Part shown: piece after piece, positions 24,626 to 38,079 of the stretch | How the letters are laid out: the number at the start of each line of letters is the position of its first letter | Position numbering within the stretch: the stretch's first letter is position 1 | Origin: Mobula hypostoma | Taxonomy: Eukaryota | Direction of reading: 5' to 3' | Assembly (NCBI RefSeq): GCF_963921235.1 | Contig: NC_086108.1 | Span: 75,394,001-75,458,000 of the forward strand | Length of the DNA stretch: 64,000 nucleotides | The notes under the pieces: model-generated | Databases searched by the model: none | The model's input: the letters and a program-made list of their open reading frames with translations, nothing else | Told to the model about the DNA's origin: nothing | Position numbers and translations under genes: made by a program

Positions 24626-26992
24626 GCTATGACTCTTTGAATAAGAAATGCCAGCGAACACTTAAGAAGGAAATCAGGAGCGATAAAAGAAAACACGAGG
24701 TTGCTCTAGTAAATAATGTGAAAGAGAATCCTAAGGACTTCTACAGATACATTAAGAGTAAACGGATAGCAAGGGACAAAATTGGTCCTCTGGAAAATCA
24801 GATTGGTAATATATCCTTAGAGCCAAAAAATTGGGGGTGATCTTAAATGGAGCCTTTGCATCTGTACTTACTTGGGAGATGGACACAGAGTCTATAGATG
24901 TCTGGCAATGCAGCAGCGAGGTCAGATTACAGAGGAGGAGCTGTTTGCTGTCTTGAGGCAAATTAAGTTGGATAAATCCCATGGGCTGACAATATGCTCC
25001 TTCAGACCCTGTGGGAAGCATGTGCAGAAATTTCCGGGGCCCGAGCAGAGATATTTAAATCGACCTTAGTGACAGGAGAGGTAGAAGATTGGAGGATAGG
25101 CAAAGGCTCAAAACATAAGCCAGGAAATGATTGTCCCTTATATCATTAGTATGCAAGTTATTGGAAGGTATTCTAAGGGACCAGATATATAAGTATTTGG
25201 ACAGACAGGGACTGATTTGGGATAATCAACATGGCTTTGTGCATGGTAAGTCGTGTCTTATCAATTTTGTAGAGGTTTTTGAGGAAGTTACCATGAATGT
25301 TGATGAAAGTAAAGCAGTGGATGTTGTCTACATGGACTTTAGCAAGGCCTTTGACAAGGACCTGCATGGGAGGTCGGTCAAGAAGTTTCATTCGCTTGTC
25401 ATTCAAGATTAGGTAGTAAATTTGATTAGTTATTGGCTTCATAGAAGAAGCCAGAGAGTGGTTATAGATGGCTTTCTTTCTGACTGGAGGCCTGTGACTA
25501 GTTGTGTGCTGCAGAGATCAGTGCTGTGTCCATTGTTATTTGTCATCTATATCAATAATCTGGATGATAATCTGTTAAACTGGATCAGCAAATCTGTGGA
25601 TGACACCAAGACAGGGGGCGTAGTGGACAGTGAGGAAGGCTATCATGGATTGCAGTGGGATCTGGACCAGCTGGAAAAATGGCAGATGGATTTTAATGCA
25701 GACAAGCGTGAAGTGTTGCACTTTGGAAGGACCAACCAGGGTTGGATTTACCGGTGAGCAATAGGACACTAAAGAACAAAGGGATCTGGGAATAAAGATA
25801 CTTAGATCCTTGAAAGTAGCGTCACAGGTAGGTAGGGCTGTAAACAAAGCTTTTGGCACATTGGCCTTCATAAATCAATGTATCGAGTGCAGGAGTTGGG
25901 ATGTTATGTTGAAGTTGTATAAGACGTCGGTGAGGTCTAATTTGTAGTATTGTGTGCAGTTTTGGTCACCTACCTGCAGGAAAGATGTAAGTAGAGCTGA
26001 AAGAGTCATGAAAAAGTTACAAAGATATTGGCAGGGCTTGAGGACCTGAGTTATAGGGAAAGGTTGAATAGGTTTGGACTTTATTCCCTGGAACGTAGAA
26101 GATTGAGGGGAGATTTGATAAAATTATGAGGAGTATGGATAGGGTAAACGCAGGCTGGCTTTTCCATTGATGTTGGGTGAGACTACAACTTGAGGTCATG
26201 AGTTAAGGGTGAAGAGTGAAACAAATTAGGTGAGAGTGTGGAACGAGCTGCCAGTAGAAATGGTGGATGCAGGATTGATTTCAACATTTAAGAGATATTT
26301 GGATATGTACATGGATGGAAGGGGTATGGAGGGCTGTGGCCTAGGTGCAGGTCAATGGGATTAGACAGTCTAATGGTTTGGCACAGACTAGATGGGCTGA
26401 ATGTCCTGATTCTGACCTGTAGTGTTCTATTATTCTAACATAGAGCGCAGCATACAATGCAAATCAGATCAAAGGAAGTTTTTACAAAGGGTGACTTTGT
26501 AAATTTCTACTATACGAGAAGCTTAGGCATCACATTCAATAGCACAATTACTGTGCTCGGAGGTGTTTTCAGTCCTGTTTTAGAGAGGACCGAGGAAAAC
26601 TGGTTAGTTACAAGACAGTTAATGAGGACAAGGGACACATAGAGGAATCAGGAGGAGGAAAAAGATTGGGGGGTAGGGGGAATCAGCTGAGCTTCAGAGA
26701 TCCGTGATTGGCTGCTGTGTGGTGTGTTGTGCAATGACTGCAGAGTCAGGTAAGTTTTGAACAAAGGGCGACTTCTTTTAGCCATCTCCCAGAATTCCAC
26801 AGGGTGCAACCTGATCGGGCAGATTTCCTAATAAAAACTTGCTTCTGGATGAATAGCAATCATTGCCCAGGCACCAGGCTGATGAAAATGAAATTTTCTG
26901 TGTAGCATTAGCATCCGTATTTCGGAACCGTGCCTTAGGATGCCATTATTGGCATACAGGTACCTCTGTGCAACAATGCATCACACACTCGG

Positions 26993-27432
26993 CAGCCACT
27001 TTATTATATACGGAAGTTGAACCCACTGTAGTCTTCTGCTGCTGTAGCCCATCTACTTCAATGTTCAATGTGCTGTACATTCAGAGATGCTCTTCTGTAA
27101 ACCACTTTTGCAATGCATGGTTATTTGAGTTACTGTTCCCTTCCTGTCAGCTTGAACCAGTCTAGCCATTCTCTTCTGACCCCTCTTATTAACAAGACAT
27201 TTTCACCCACAAAACTGCCGCTCACTGGATGTTTCTTGTTTCTCACACCATTCTTTGAAAACTCGAAAATGTCACTCGTGAAAATCCCAGAAGATCAGCA
27301 GTTTAAGAGATACTCAAACCACATGTCTGAGATGAACAATCATCCCATGCTCAGAGACACTTAGATCACATTTCTTCCCCATTCTGATGCTTGGTCTGAA
27401 CAACAATTAAACATCTTGACCATGTCTGCATG
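26993..27432 (-). mobile_element. Tc1/mariner deletion derivative
   Basis: Reverse-complement homolog of 41993-42485; CACTTTATTA terminal motif. Confidence 0.75.
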
Positions 27433-28264
27433 GTCATAACATGAAAAACTGAAGACTTCAGAAAGTATACAGTAAGTACTTTGCGGCTGGTTTGCAATAA
27501 TATCTTATCGTATATAGTTCATAACTCTTGAGCAATAGAAATTCCATATTAACAATTTAAATTAACATACAAAAATACCCCAAGATATTTCATATTAATA
27601 TAATCAAACAAGAATTAACACTGAATCATTCAAGGAGATATTGCACTGGGTGACTGATAGTTTGGTAACAAAGGTGCAATATTATTCTATAATCAAGTCA
27701 ACAACCAGTTAACTGCTACGAAAGTGTAGAGCAAGGAAATCCAACTGTGAAATACTGAATATAAATAGAGGGAGAACACAAGAGCAAAAGAATTCCTGGT
27801 GTTTGGAAGATGAATTGTTTGCTAAGTCAGCAAACTAGTCTCCTTGGGATAGAAAAGCAGCTGTCTAAGAAGAAAGGCGTGTCCAGTAAATGCGCAGTTC
27901 CACTTAAAACACAGAGACGGCAGTTTACAGGAAAGTGATCAACAAGAAGAAAAGTGCAAAGGTGATCAAAGAGGATCAATGCTATTAATCTGTTTGTCTG
28001 TCCTATAACAAACAAATATGCTTATTATAGATGTCATGGCTCAAACAGTGCAGTCTGTTTAAGCCTATCCAGAGTCCTGCTGAGAGTGTGGCACAGCAGG
28101 TGAGAAACTGCCCACAAAAGACAGTCTGCAGAAAACTGTGGAGGCAATGCTGGGTTGGTTTGATGAGACAGATACGTTAGCCATCTCTTTGATACTTAAA
28201 ACCCCTCTGATTCTGTGTTCCGATGGACATTTAGATCATTGAGCTGCCTGCCACGTGTTTAATA

Positions 28265-28960
28265 CTTCGGCTTCAAATCCATAGCTCCCTGTAAAGTGAC
28301 AGCACAGGAAGACTGGATGGTGAAGAAGGCCTATGCCTCCAGAGGTCAGGTCATGAAATATATGAGCTGTGATGTCACGTGGTAATTTTACAAAACATTA
28401 GTTAGACTGCACATGGGAAACCGTGTGCATTCTGGTGACCACACAATAGGAAGGATCTAAATATCCTGATGAATGGTCTCAATCCGAACTGTCAAGTGTT
28501 TTTTTCCATCGATAGGTACTGCCTAACCTACTGAGTTCCTACAGCACTTTGTGTGTTTTGCTCTGGATTTCAGCATCTGAAGAATTGCTTGTATTTCTAA
28601 TGAGGCTGGAGAGGATGCAGAGGAGATTCCCCTGGATGTTGCCTGGATTGGTGGACTTTAGTTATGTGAATAAGTTGGACAGGCTGCCTTTATTTCCCCA
28701 GAGCAAAGAAGGCAGAGGCATATATAATTATAAAAAGCATAGCTTGGTTAAATAGACAGAAACTTCTTACCATGGTAAATTGAAGAGGAAGAACCTGAGG
28801 GCATTTTTTTTCCCTTAAAGAACAGAATGGTTGATAGCTGAACTCGCTGCCAGAGGAGACCGTGGAATCAGATTCGATTACTACATTTGAATAGGCAAGG
28901 CAGAAAAAAACATGGATGTAATGTGAGTAAAGGTTCATCATGGCCTGTTTCTGCGCTGTA
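28265..28960 (+). mobile_element. CR1 3' fragment containing a short PLE end (~28463-28590)
   Basis: LERMQRRF..MLPGL; insert starts CCTGATGAA (decayed hammerhead) and ends CAGCATCTG. Confidence 0.7.
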
Positions 28961-29094
28961 CAACTCGAATTGAATTGAATTGAACTGACTTTATTTCTGA
29001 TGTCCTTCACATTAATGAGGAGTAAAAATCTTTACATTACGTCTCCATCTAAATCTCTGTGACTTTATGAAGCAATTGTAAGACTGAATAAACC

Positions 29095-30820
29095 CACGTC
29101 ATCTGTGGGAAGCACCTTGCAAACTTCAGGTAGATTGTGTAGTGTACATGCTCTGGGAAGCTGAAAAATCTGGTCACCTGGACCAGATGGACTACACCTA
29201 AGGGTTCTGAAAGAGGTAGCTGAAGAGATTGTGGAGTCATTAGTATTGATCTTTGAAGAGTCACTAGATTCTGGAATGGTTCCGGTAGATTGGAAAATGG
29301 CAAATATCACTCCACTCTTTATGAAGGGAGGGCAGCAGAAGAAAAATAGAGGGACATGCTGTAGGGTAATTCCAGGCAGTTTCTGGAGTAGATTACTTTG
29401 TCAGCACAACATTATGGGCCAAAGGATCTGTGATGTGCTGTAGAGTTCTATGTTCCAAGAAAGGAAAATTTAGGCCAGTTAGCCTGACTTCAGTGGTTAG
29501 GAAGATGTTGGAGTTCATTTTTAAGGATAAGGTTTTGGGGCACTTGGAGTCACATGATAAAATAGGCCAAAGTCAGCATGGTTCCTTAAGGGGAAATCTT
29601 GCCTAACAAATCTGTTGGAATTCTTTGAGGAAATAACAGGTAAGATAGATAAAGGAGAGTCAATGGATGTTGTTTACTTGGATTTTCAAAAGGCCTTTGA
29701 CAAGGTGCCACACATGAGGCTGCTTAACAAGATAAGAGTCCATGGTATTACAGAAAAGATACCAGCGTGGATAAAAGATTGGCTGATTGGCAGGAAACAA
29801 AGAGTCTGAATGAGGGGGTCTCTTCTGGTTGGCTGCTGGTGTCTAGTGATTTTCCACAGGGGTTGGCATTGGGACTGCTTCTTTTCACGTTATATGTCAA
29901 TGATTAGAGTGATGGAATTGATAGTTTTGTGGCCAGGTTTGCAGACAATACAAAGATAGTGGAGAGGCAGGTAGTGTTGAGGAAGCAGGGAGTCTGCAGA
30001 AGGACTTAGACAGATTGGGAGAATGGGCAAAGAAGTGGAAGGTGGAGCATAGTGTAGGGAAGTGTATGGTCATGCATTTTGTAGAAGGAATAAAGGTGTG
30101 AATGATTTTCTAAATAGGGAGAAAATTCAAAAATCAAAGGTGCAAATGGACTTGTGAGTGCAGGATTCCTTAAAATTTAACTTGCCAGCCGAGTTGATGT
30201 TAAGGAAAACAAATGCAATGTGAGCATTAGTTTCAAGAGGACTAGAATACAAAAGCAAGGATGTAATGCTGAGGCTTTATAAAGCATTTGTCAGACCACA
30301 CTTGGAGAATTATGAGCAGTTTTTTGCCCCTTATTTAAGAGAAGATGTGCTGGTTATGCAGAAAGTCCAGAGGAGATTCATGAGAATGATCCCAGGAATG
30401 AAAGGGTTAACATATGAGGAGCGTTTGATGCCTCTGGGCCTGTTCTTGCTAGAGTTGAGAAGAATAAGGGGGAACACATTGCAACCTGTCAAATATTGAA
30501 AGGCCTAGATAGAGTGGATGTGGAGAAGAGCTTCCTGTAATGAGGGAGTCTTGGACCAGAGGGCACAGCCTCAGAATAGAGGGACATCCATTTAGAACAG
30601 ATGTAAGGAAAAATTTCTTTAGCCAGTGGGTGATGAATCTGTGGAATTCACTGCAAAAGACAGCCATGTAGGTCAAGTCATTAGGTATATTTTAGGCAGA
30701 GGTTGATAGGTTCTTGATTAATCAGGGCATCATAGGTTATGGGGAGAAGGCAAGAGAGTGGGGTTGAGAGGGATAATAAATCTGCCATGGTGGAATGGTG
30801 GAGTATTGGTCTTATGGTTT
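29095..30820 (+). mobile_element. CR1 LINE RT region, degenerate (short CR1-tail insertion ~29347-29456)
   Basis: [38 protein letters not shown]. Confidence 0.9.
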
Positions 30821-30959
30821 GTGGTGCTAGAGAATGAATGCACTATTCTGTGGTTCTTTAATTGAGTATTAGGGGTAATTAAGAAAAGCTGAGGAAAATT
30901 GTACTTTTTTTTGTGGCCACAGCTATGTTTCTCCCTCCTCTCAACAAAATTACAGTTGT

Positions 30960-31090
30960 GTGGTAACTATCCTTCCTTGTCTCTATTAACCTCTCTCTGT
31001 CCTTTTACATACCTGTCTCTAGCTTTTGATCTAGTTGATCACATCACCCTTTCCTATTACCATTCCTCTGATATTAGTCAGATGAGATTG
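30960..31090 (+). mobile_element. Ancient L2 LINE remnant
   Basis: LSLAFDLVDHITL resembles the L2 RT motif LDLSAAFDTVDH. Confidence 0.4.
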
Positions 31091-32029
31091 CCCTTGCCTA
31101 TCTCCTGCCCTCCTAATCCCATCACCGAGAATCACCTGTGACTATTAATGCCCATACATCTGCACTATTTCTCACCCATATTCTCCCTCGTTGACATCAG
31201 TACATACTCATCAAGGGCACCTAGTTTTATTTCATCTTCACCATTCTTGAGACCTTCAAGCTGCAGTTTGCTTTTCAACATCCAATGGTAAATGAGCATA
31301 AATTTCCTCTAGCACCAAAGAGATGAAAGCCAATGAAAGCCAACAATCCCTCCCACAAACTCCATCATACTGCAATAATTCTGCCCGTTACCCAGCAGCT
31401 GTCTGATGCTGATCCAGGTCATTTACAACATTGGTATTCAAGATCATTTGTTGTTATTCTTCAGTGCAGAAGTGTAAAGGAGAATTCTGTTTAATCCTGG
31501 ACCAAACTTGTGAACCTATATCTTCTCTTGCATTATACCTACTTTCAAATCTGGACCATCACCCATTTCTGCACCTCCCTTCAGCAACTGTTGGTACCCT
31601 CACTCATGACTTCACTAAACCCAACTGTCCCAATGCTCTCCTGGACAGCTGCCCACTTTGCCACTCAAATTAAGCTCATGTAAAACATATACTGTTTATA
31701 ATCCAATTTATATCATCCTTTTCTATCATCAATTTTTGCTGAGCTGCATAAGCTCTGTCTGGAAATATTTAAAGTTAAAATTTGTATGCTTATTTTCAGT
31801 GACGACCACTCCCACCTGTATAACCTGACCCAGTTCAACAACCTCCCATGATCTTGATAATACCTCACATTCTAGTATATTTTTGATCTTCCAGTTAAGA
31901 TGTTGCTAACGTATGTTTGTGACAGCTTCTGGGAGTCAAAAAGCTAAAAAATCTAACAAAATCATCGCTAAAAACATCTTTTCTGAGGCAAATTGTGTTA
32001 AATTATCAACGCAAACAATGAAGGGGTAA

Positions 32030-33885
32030 GTGATGACGAGGCGAGTTCGGGAGATGAGCCAAGATGGTGCATTGCAGGTGGAGGTCCGAAGCCCATTTGA
32101 CTGGCCCCAGAATTAGGTTGGATTATTCTGAGTGCTGAAAAGAGAAGTCAGGGCCCAGACGGAGAACATTCAGTGCTCGTTCAATTGACTCAAGAGTGAG
32201 GTTGGATTGATCTGGGCACCGAGCTGATCTGAAGAGCTTGAGAGCAACTTCAGGCTAGACAGTGGAACCCGGGCCTGGAGCGAGTCATTGGGTGGTGTGG
32301 TCATCGTTTAGGTGATGGTTTGTTGCCAAGTTTGCAGTTGATATGAAGATTGGTGGAGGGGCTGGTAGTGTTGAGGAAACAGGTGGGATGCAGAAAGATT
32401 TAGACAGATTAGGAGAATAGGCAAGAAAGTGGCAAATTAAATACAATGTTGGAAAATGCATGGTCATGCACTTTGGTAGGACAAATAAATGTGTGGACTA
32501 TTTTCTAAACGGGGAGAAAATCCAGGAATCTGAGATGCAGAGGGACTTGAGAGTCCTTGTGCAGAACACCCTGAAGGTTAACGTGCAGGTTGAGTCAGTG
32601 GTGAGGAAGACAAATGCCATGTTAGCATTCATTTCAAGAGATCTAGAATACAAGAAGAGGGATGTGATGCTGAGGCTTTATAAGGCACTGGTGAGACCTC
32701 ACCTTGAGTATTTTGAACAATTTTGGACCCTTCATCTTAGAAAAGATGTGCTGGCATTAGAGAGGGTCCAGAGGAGGTTCACAAGGATGATTCCAGGAAT
32801 GAAAGGGTTCTCATATAAGGAAAGTTTGATGGCTCTGGGTCTGTACACACTAGAATCCAGGAGGATGAGGGAGGATCTCATTGAAACATTTCAAGTGTTG
32901 AAAGGCCTAGACAGAGTAGATATGGAAATAATGTTTCCCATGGTGAAAGTGTCTAGGACAAGAGGGTACAGCCTCAGGATAGAGGGCGGCCTTTCAAAAC
33001 AGAGATGCAGAAAAATTTCTTTAGCCAAAGCGTGGTGAATTTGTGGAATTTGTTGCCACATGCAGCTGTGGAGGCCAAGTAGTTGGGTGTATTTAAGGCA
33101 AAGATTGATAGGTTCTTGATTGGACATGGCATCAAAAGTTTTGTGGAGAAGGCCGAGAACTGGGGCTGAGGAGCAGAGAAAAAAAATTATTAGCCATGAT
33201 TGAATGGTAGAGCAGATTCGATGGGCCGGATAGCCTAATTCTGCTCCTATGTCTTATGATCTTATGGTCTCGGCCAGGGCTTTTTGCAGCAGTGATGCCT
33301 GGGTCATATTGTGAAGTACAATGCACTGTTTAGACAATTTAAACACCGACCCAGATTGGAGATGAGAGCCAATTTTGCTCGCTTTTTGAGATGTTTACTC
33401 AACTATCTCGGGTGCCAGAGCCTTTCACTGTTCCACTGTTGGGTCAATTTAAACACCAGCCCAGATACACTGAAAAGATCGGCTGTCGGTCAGGACGAGA
33501 GCCAATTTCACTTGTTTTCTGCAGTGGTCTTCTCCATGGCACTGAAGCAATGAAGACTGTCCCAGCTGCTGTGTTCCATGCCCACTAATATGATGCACTG
33601 ATAAGTGAGGCTTTGGGCCTACTCTGGGCTGCTCTGGGGTTCGGATCTGAGGACTCAGTTTTGGTTTGGAATCCTGTTGCCCTTTGCTTCAATTGTTTGC
33701 GTGATTTTATTTCTTTCTCTGGCATATTGCATGTTGATCTTTTATTTTTATTTTTTTCTTTAATTGGGTACTTTTGGGTTTCTTGCTTTGTGGCTAACTG
33801 TGAGCAAGCAAGTCTCAAGTTTGTAAAATTTATACATTCTTTGATAATAATATATGAATCTTGAAATCTTCTTGAATCTTGAAAT
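32030..33885 (+). mobile_element. Non-autonomous retroposon with Rex1-like tail, split by a CR1 insertion
   Basis: 3' end ...ACATTCTTTGATAATAA followed by (GAATCTT)n; left boundary uncertain. Confidence 0.5.
32312..33268 (+). mobile_element. CR1 3' fragment
   Basis: 192-aa ORF VMHFGRTN..LYKALVRPHLEY..ERVQRRFTRMIPG; (TCTTATG)n tail. Confidence 0.92.
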
Positions 33886-34327
33886 ATTTTAATGTTACTT
33901 TCTCCATTCCGCCATTGATAGCCACTACATTGGAATGGCCACCCTGGACTCCTCTGCTTATTCTTTTGTTCGCTTTCCAATTTTAATAAACACTTGCCAC
34001 ATGCACTTAAATGAAGTGCTTTGGACAAGTTTGTTGCATTAAAAGCATTATAATTGATTTTAGCATTTGGGTTTTGACCCATTGAAACACGCAGACCTTT
34101 CTGAAGCCCTCATTTTTCCACCCAAAAAATCTGACCAGGCAACGAGATCAGCGTTCAGGCCAACTATATTATTTAAAACCTGCAACTAGTCAGCAGCATT
34201 TATTGACAGGTCAAATCCAAAAAAAAACAAAAAAAAATTGGTTGTAAATCATTTGCAGCGGAGTTGGACGATTTTGGTAGATGGTTTATATTTTGAGTAC
34301 CAATGTACTACATGAAAAGTTGCTACA

Positions 34328-34698
34328 GAGAAACAGCATCTATCATCAAAGGTCCTCAACACCCAGGCCATGCTCCTTCCTCACTGCTGCCATTGGGTAG
34401 AAGGTAAAACTGCCTCAGGACTCGCACCAACAGGTTCAAGAATAGTTACTACCCCTCAGCCGTCAGGCTCATGAACAAAAGGACTCATTTAAGAACTCTT
34501 CTGTCTTGTTATTTGATGCTTGTGATTTATTGCTATTTATTTACATCTGTACAGTTTCCACAGTTTGTTATTCATTGTTTACAGTTACTGTCCTATAGAT
34601 CTGTTATGAATGCCCACAGAAAAAGAATCTCGAGGTTGTATGCAGTGACATGCATGTACTCTGATAATAAATTTTACCTGGAATTTTGAACTTTGAAC
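34328..34698 (+). mobile_element. Rex1/Babar 3' fragment
   Basis: SIIKGPQHPGHA..LLP..RTNRFKNSYYP; tail CTCTGATAATAAA..(GAACTTT). Confidence 0.8.
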
Positions 34699-36370
34699 AA
34701 AAAATCAGTCAGTTACAATGGTCTGCAATATCCTGGACGACTGAATCCACCAGAGATTGCTTCAATTCAGTTTTTCTGGTATCATCTTTGAACTGCAAAA
34801 TGATGCAACAATTAAAAGGTAATTCAATCATATTACCTATGCTTCATATCTGGATTATTCAATGAGTTCTGTCACTCAGTTCTTTCACAATGGTACTGGA
34901 AGTATTGTCCCTTCAAGGAGTTATTGACTTTTCACCTGTAACCATTTCGGACAGTCGTAGAGTCAAACCACAGAAATGGTCCATGTCGCCCACCAGCACC
35001 CATTCACACTATTTTACAGTCAGCCTATTTTATTTTCCATATTCTATCACTCACCTACACACTACAGGCAACTTACAGTGGCCAAGCTGCTTGTCATTGG
35101 GGATCTAGCAAATTAATTATATTAATATTATTGTTACGTTTACTAAAGCACAATGCAATCCTTTGTTTTACATGGCATCCATATATATCATTTCATTACA
35201 ATAGTGCATTGAGGTCGTAAAAGGGAAATCAATAACAGAATGCAGAATGATCAATTACCATCAGAGAGAAAGTGCAGTGCAGGTACACAATAAGTGCAAG
35301 GCCATTCCAAAGTAGATTGTGATGTCAAGAGTCCAACTTGTACGGGGAGGGGGGGCACAATGTGAGGGGGTAACCCATGCCATTACAGAAAGAACTCACA
35401 AACTTCACACAGACCACACAATGTTCACAACCGAACCTGGAATTGGGATGTTGCAAATCCACTAACGTTAGAAAGAGCAAGTCTGTTTGGGAAGAAAGTT
35501 GACTTCTGTCTCCCTCTTTTGCCCTCTTTCATCTAACTCAACCCAAGTTAGGCTCTACCTCACAAAACAGGAAGGACAGTATTCGCAGTATTATGCAAAA
35601 TCACAAATTAAGATGGTCAATTCGATTCATGTACGGGCCCATTAAGGAGTTATGTATACCAGTAGCACAAATTGATAACTCATGCTAATCAACTTACTTT
35701 GATAGCTGTGTCAAGGTAGACTGTAGATCTAAGCTACTCTCATTTAGAGGAAATAGAAACTGTACATTATGGATGTTCACAAGTATATGTACAGATGTTT
35801 GCATTATACCTGCCTCTGGTTATAATCAATTTGAACATTAAGGGAATAGCATTCTTCACAGTGAATAAATGCCTTGCAAATCCATACGTGTCTGTATGGC
35901 CACAGTTCATTTTCCATAAAAGACATTTCTACTGTCCATTTGATACCTTGTGATTAATAAAATATGAGTCTAAGATACAGTATAATTTTCAGAAACAAGT
36001 GGACCATGGCCATTTTAGAGGTCAACATGTACGTAATGAGTAACAGGAACAAAATAAACCTCAAACATTTGGCTTTAATGGAAGCAGGACAAGGAGCAGA
36101 TGTAGAGTCAGCCAAACTCTACCTCATCATTAGCCCCCATTCTGGAACCAGCTCCCAACTACAACCTTGAAATTGCATATTCCCTCTTCATCTAAAAACA
36201 TCTCCTTCTTTAGAATTTGTTATACTCCTCACCAGCACACGGCGCTCCCACTTCCCAATTAAAGTCTGTTGTAAACACGGGGAAATCTGCAGATGCTGGA
36301 AATTCAAGCAACACACATCAAAGTTGCTGGCGAACGCAGCAGGCTAGGCAGCATCTCTAGGAAGAAGTAC

Positions 36371-36406
36371 AGTCGACGTTTCAGGCCGAGTCCCTTCGTC
36401 AGGACT
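36371..36406 (-). ncRNA. Minimal type-I hammerhead ribozyme motif, complete
   Basis: AGUC-CUGACGA-A-GGG-ACUCGG-CCU-GAAA-CG-UC^-GACU; stem I AGUC/GACU, palindromic ACGU stem III. Confidence 0.75.
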
Positions 36407-36704
36407 AACTGAACGAAGAGCTAGTAAGAGATTTGAAAGTGGGAGGGGGAGGGGGAGATCCAAAATGATAGGAGAAGACAGGAGGGGGAGGGATGGAGCC
36501 AAGAGCTGGACAGTTGATTGGCAAAAGGGATATGAGAGGATCATGGGACAGGAGGCTTAGGGAGAAAGAAAAGGGGGAGGGGGGGAAACCCAGAGGATGG
36601 GCAAGGGGTATAGTGAGAGAGACAGAGGGATAAAAAGGAGAGAGAGAAAAAGAATGTGTGTATATAAATAATTAACCGATGGGGTACTAGGGGGAGGTGG
36701 GGCA

Positions 36705-37235
36705 TTAGCGGAAGTTTGAGAAGTCAATGTTCATGCCATCAGGTTGGAGGCTACCCAGACAGAATATAAGGTGTTGTTCCTCCAACCTGAGTGTGGCTTC
36801 ATCTTTACAGTAGAGGAGGCCGTGGATAGACATATCAGAATGGGAATGGGACATGGAATTAAAATGTGCGGCCACTGGGAGATCCTGCTTTCTCTGGCGG
36901 ACAGAGTGTAGGTGTTCAGCAAAACAATCTCCCAGTCTGCGTCGGGTCTCGCCAATATATAAAAGGCCACATCGGGAGCACCGGACCCAGTATATCACCC
37001 CAGCCGACTCACAGGTGAAGTGTCGCCTCACCTGGAAGGACTGTCTGGGGTCCTGAATGGTGGTAAGGGAGGAAGTGTAAGGGCATGTGTAGCACTTGTT
37101 CCACTTACAAGGATAAGTGCCAGAAGGGAGATTGGTGGGGAGGGATTGGGGGGACGAATAGACAAGGGAGTCGCATAGGGAACGATCCCTGTGGAAAGCA
37201 GAGAGAGGACAGAAGGGAAAGTTGTGCTTAGTGGT
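36705..37235 (-). pseudogene. PLE ORF C-terminal fragment: Cys-rich linker plus GIY-YIG endonuclease (177 open codons, no initiating ATG)
   Basis: GTYPCKWNKCYTC linker; GVIYWVRCSRCGLLYIGETRRRLGDCFAEHL..PVAAHF..RLEEQHLIF.LGSLQPDGMN. Confidence 0.9.
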
Positions 37236-37618
37236 GGGAGGAACAACACCTCATATTCCGTCTGGGTAGCCTCCAACCTGATGGCATGAACATTGACTTC
37301 TCAAACTTCCGCTAATGCCCCACCTCCCCCTCGTACCCCATCCGTTATTTATTTATAGACACACATTCTTTTTCTCTCTCTCTCTCCTTTTTCTCCCTCT
37401 GTCCCTCTCACTAACCCACTTGCCCATCCTCTGGGGTTTCCCCCCCTCCCTTTTTTCTTTCTCCCTAGGCCTCCTGTCCCATGATCCTCTCATAACCCTT
37501 CTGCCAATCATTTGTCCAGCTCTTGGCTCCATCCCTCCCCCTCCTGTCTTCTCCTATCATTTTGGATCTCCCCCTCCCCCTCCCGCTTTCAAATCTCTTA
37601 CTAGCTCTTCTTTCAATT

Positions 37619-37654
37619 AGTCCTGACAAAGGGTCTCGGCCCGAAACGTCGACT
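37619..37654 (+). ncRNA. Hammerhead ribozyme motif with core mutation (CUGACAA)
   Basis: AGUC-CUGACAA-A-GGG-UCUCGG-CCC-GAAA-CG-UC-GACU; G8 replaced by A. Confidence 0.55.
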
Positions 37655-38079
37655 GTACCTCTTCTTAGAGATGCTGCCTGGCCTGCTGCATTCACCAGCA
37701 ACTTTGATGTGTGTTGCTTAAAGTCTGTTGTAACTCATTTCAGATCCTCCCATATTCCCAACAACTTTCCCCATCATTCTTCTCCTTCTTCTAGTAAAGT
37801 TTAACAACGGCTGGCCGACCAACTTAGGGTGTGTTACCACCAACTGCTGAGGTAGAGTGTGGAGCAAAGAGACAGGAAGTATACCCACTTTAATTTCTTC
37901 CCCCCCCCCAAAAAAAGCTGATATAATATCAGAATATTTTATGCTTTTCAGAAAGTCAATTACGCACTTATATACATCATGACGATATCCTAACTATCTA
38001 TCCATGTTTATCTGTCTAGGATCTGCATTCAAACAATATATGCTACACCATTTCTTGACAAGTGCACGCCCTAAAAAAT

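Larger units (their letters stand above)
22345..26435 (+). mobile_element. Older CR1 LINE (EN+RT) with two nested insertions
   Basis: [48 protein letters not shown] fragments; CR1 tail near 26430. Confidence 0.9.
36275..37717 (-). mobile_element. Penelope-like element (Neptune type), 5'-truncated with inverted pLTR
   Basis: ~480-bp inverted arms 36306-36783 and 37237-37719; 16-bp TSD TTAAAGTCTGTTGTAA (36259-36274, 37718-37733); GIY-YIG coding. Confidence 0.93.
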
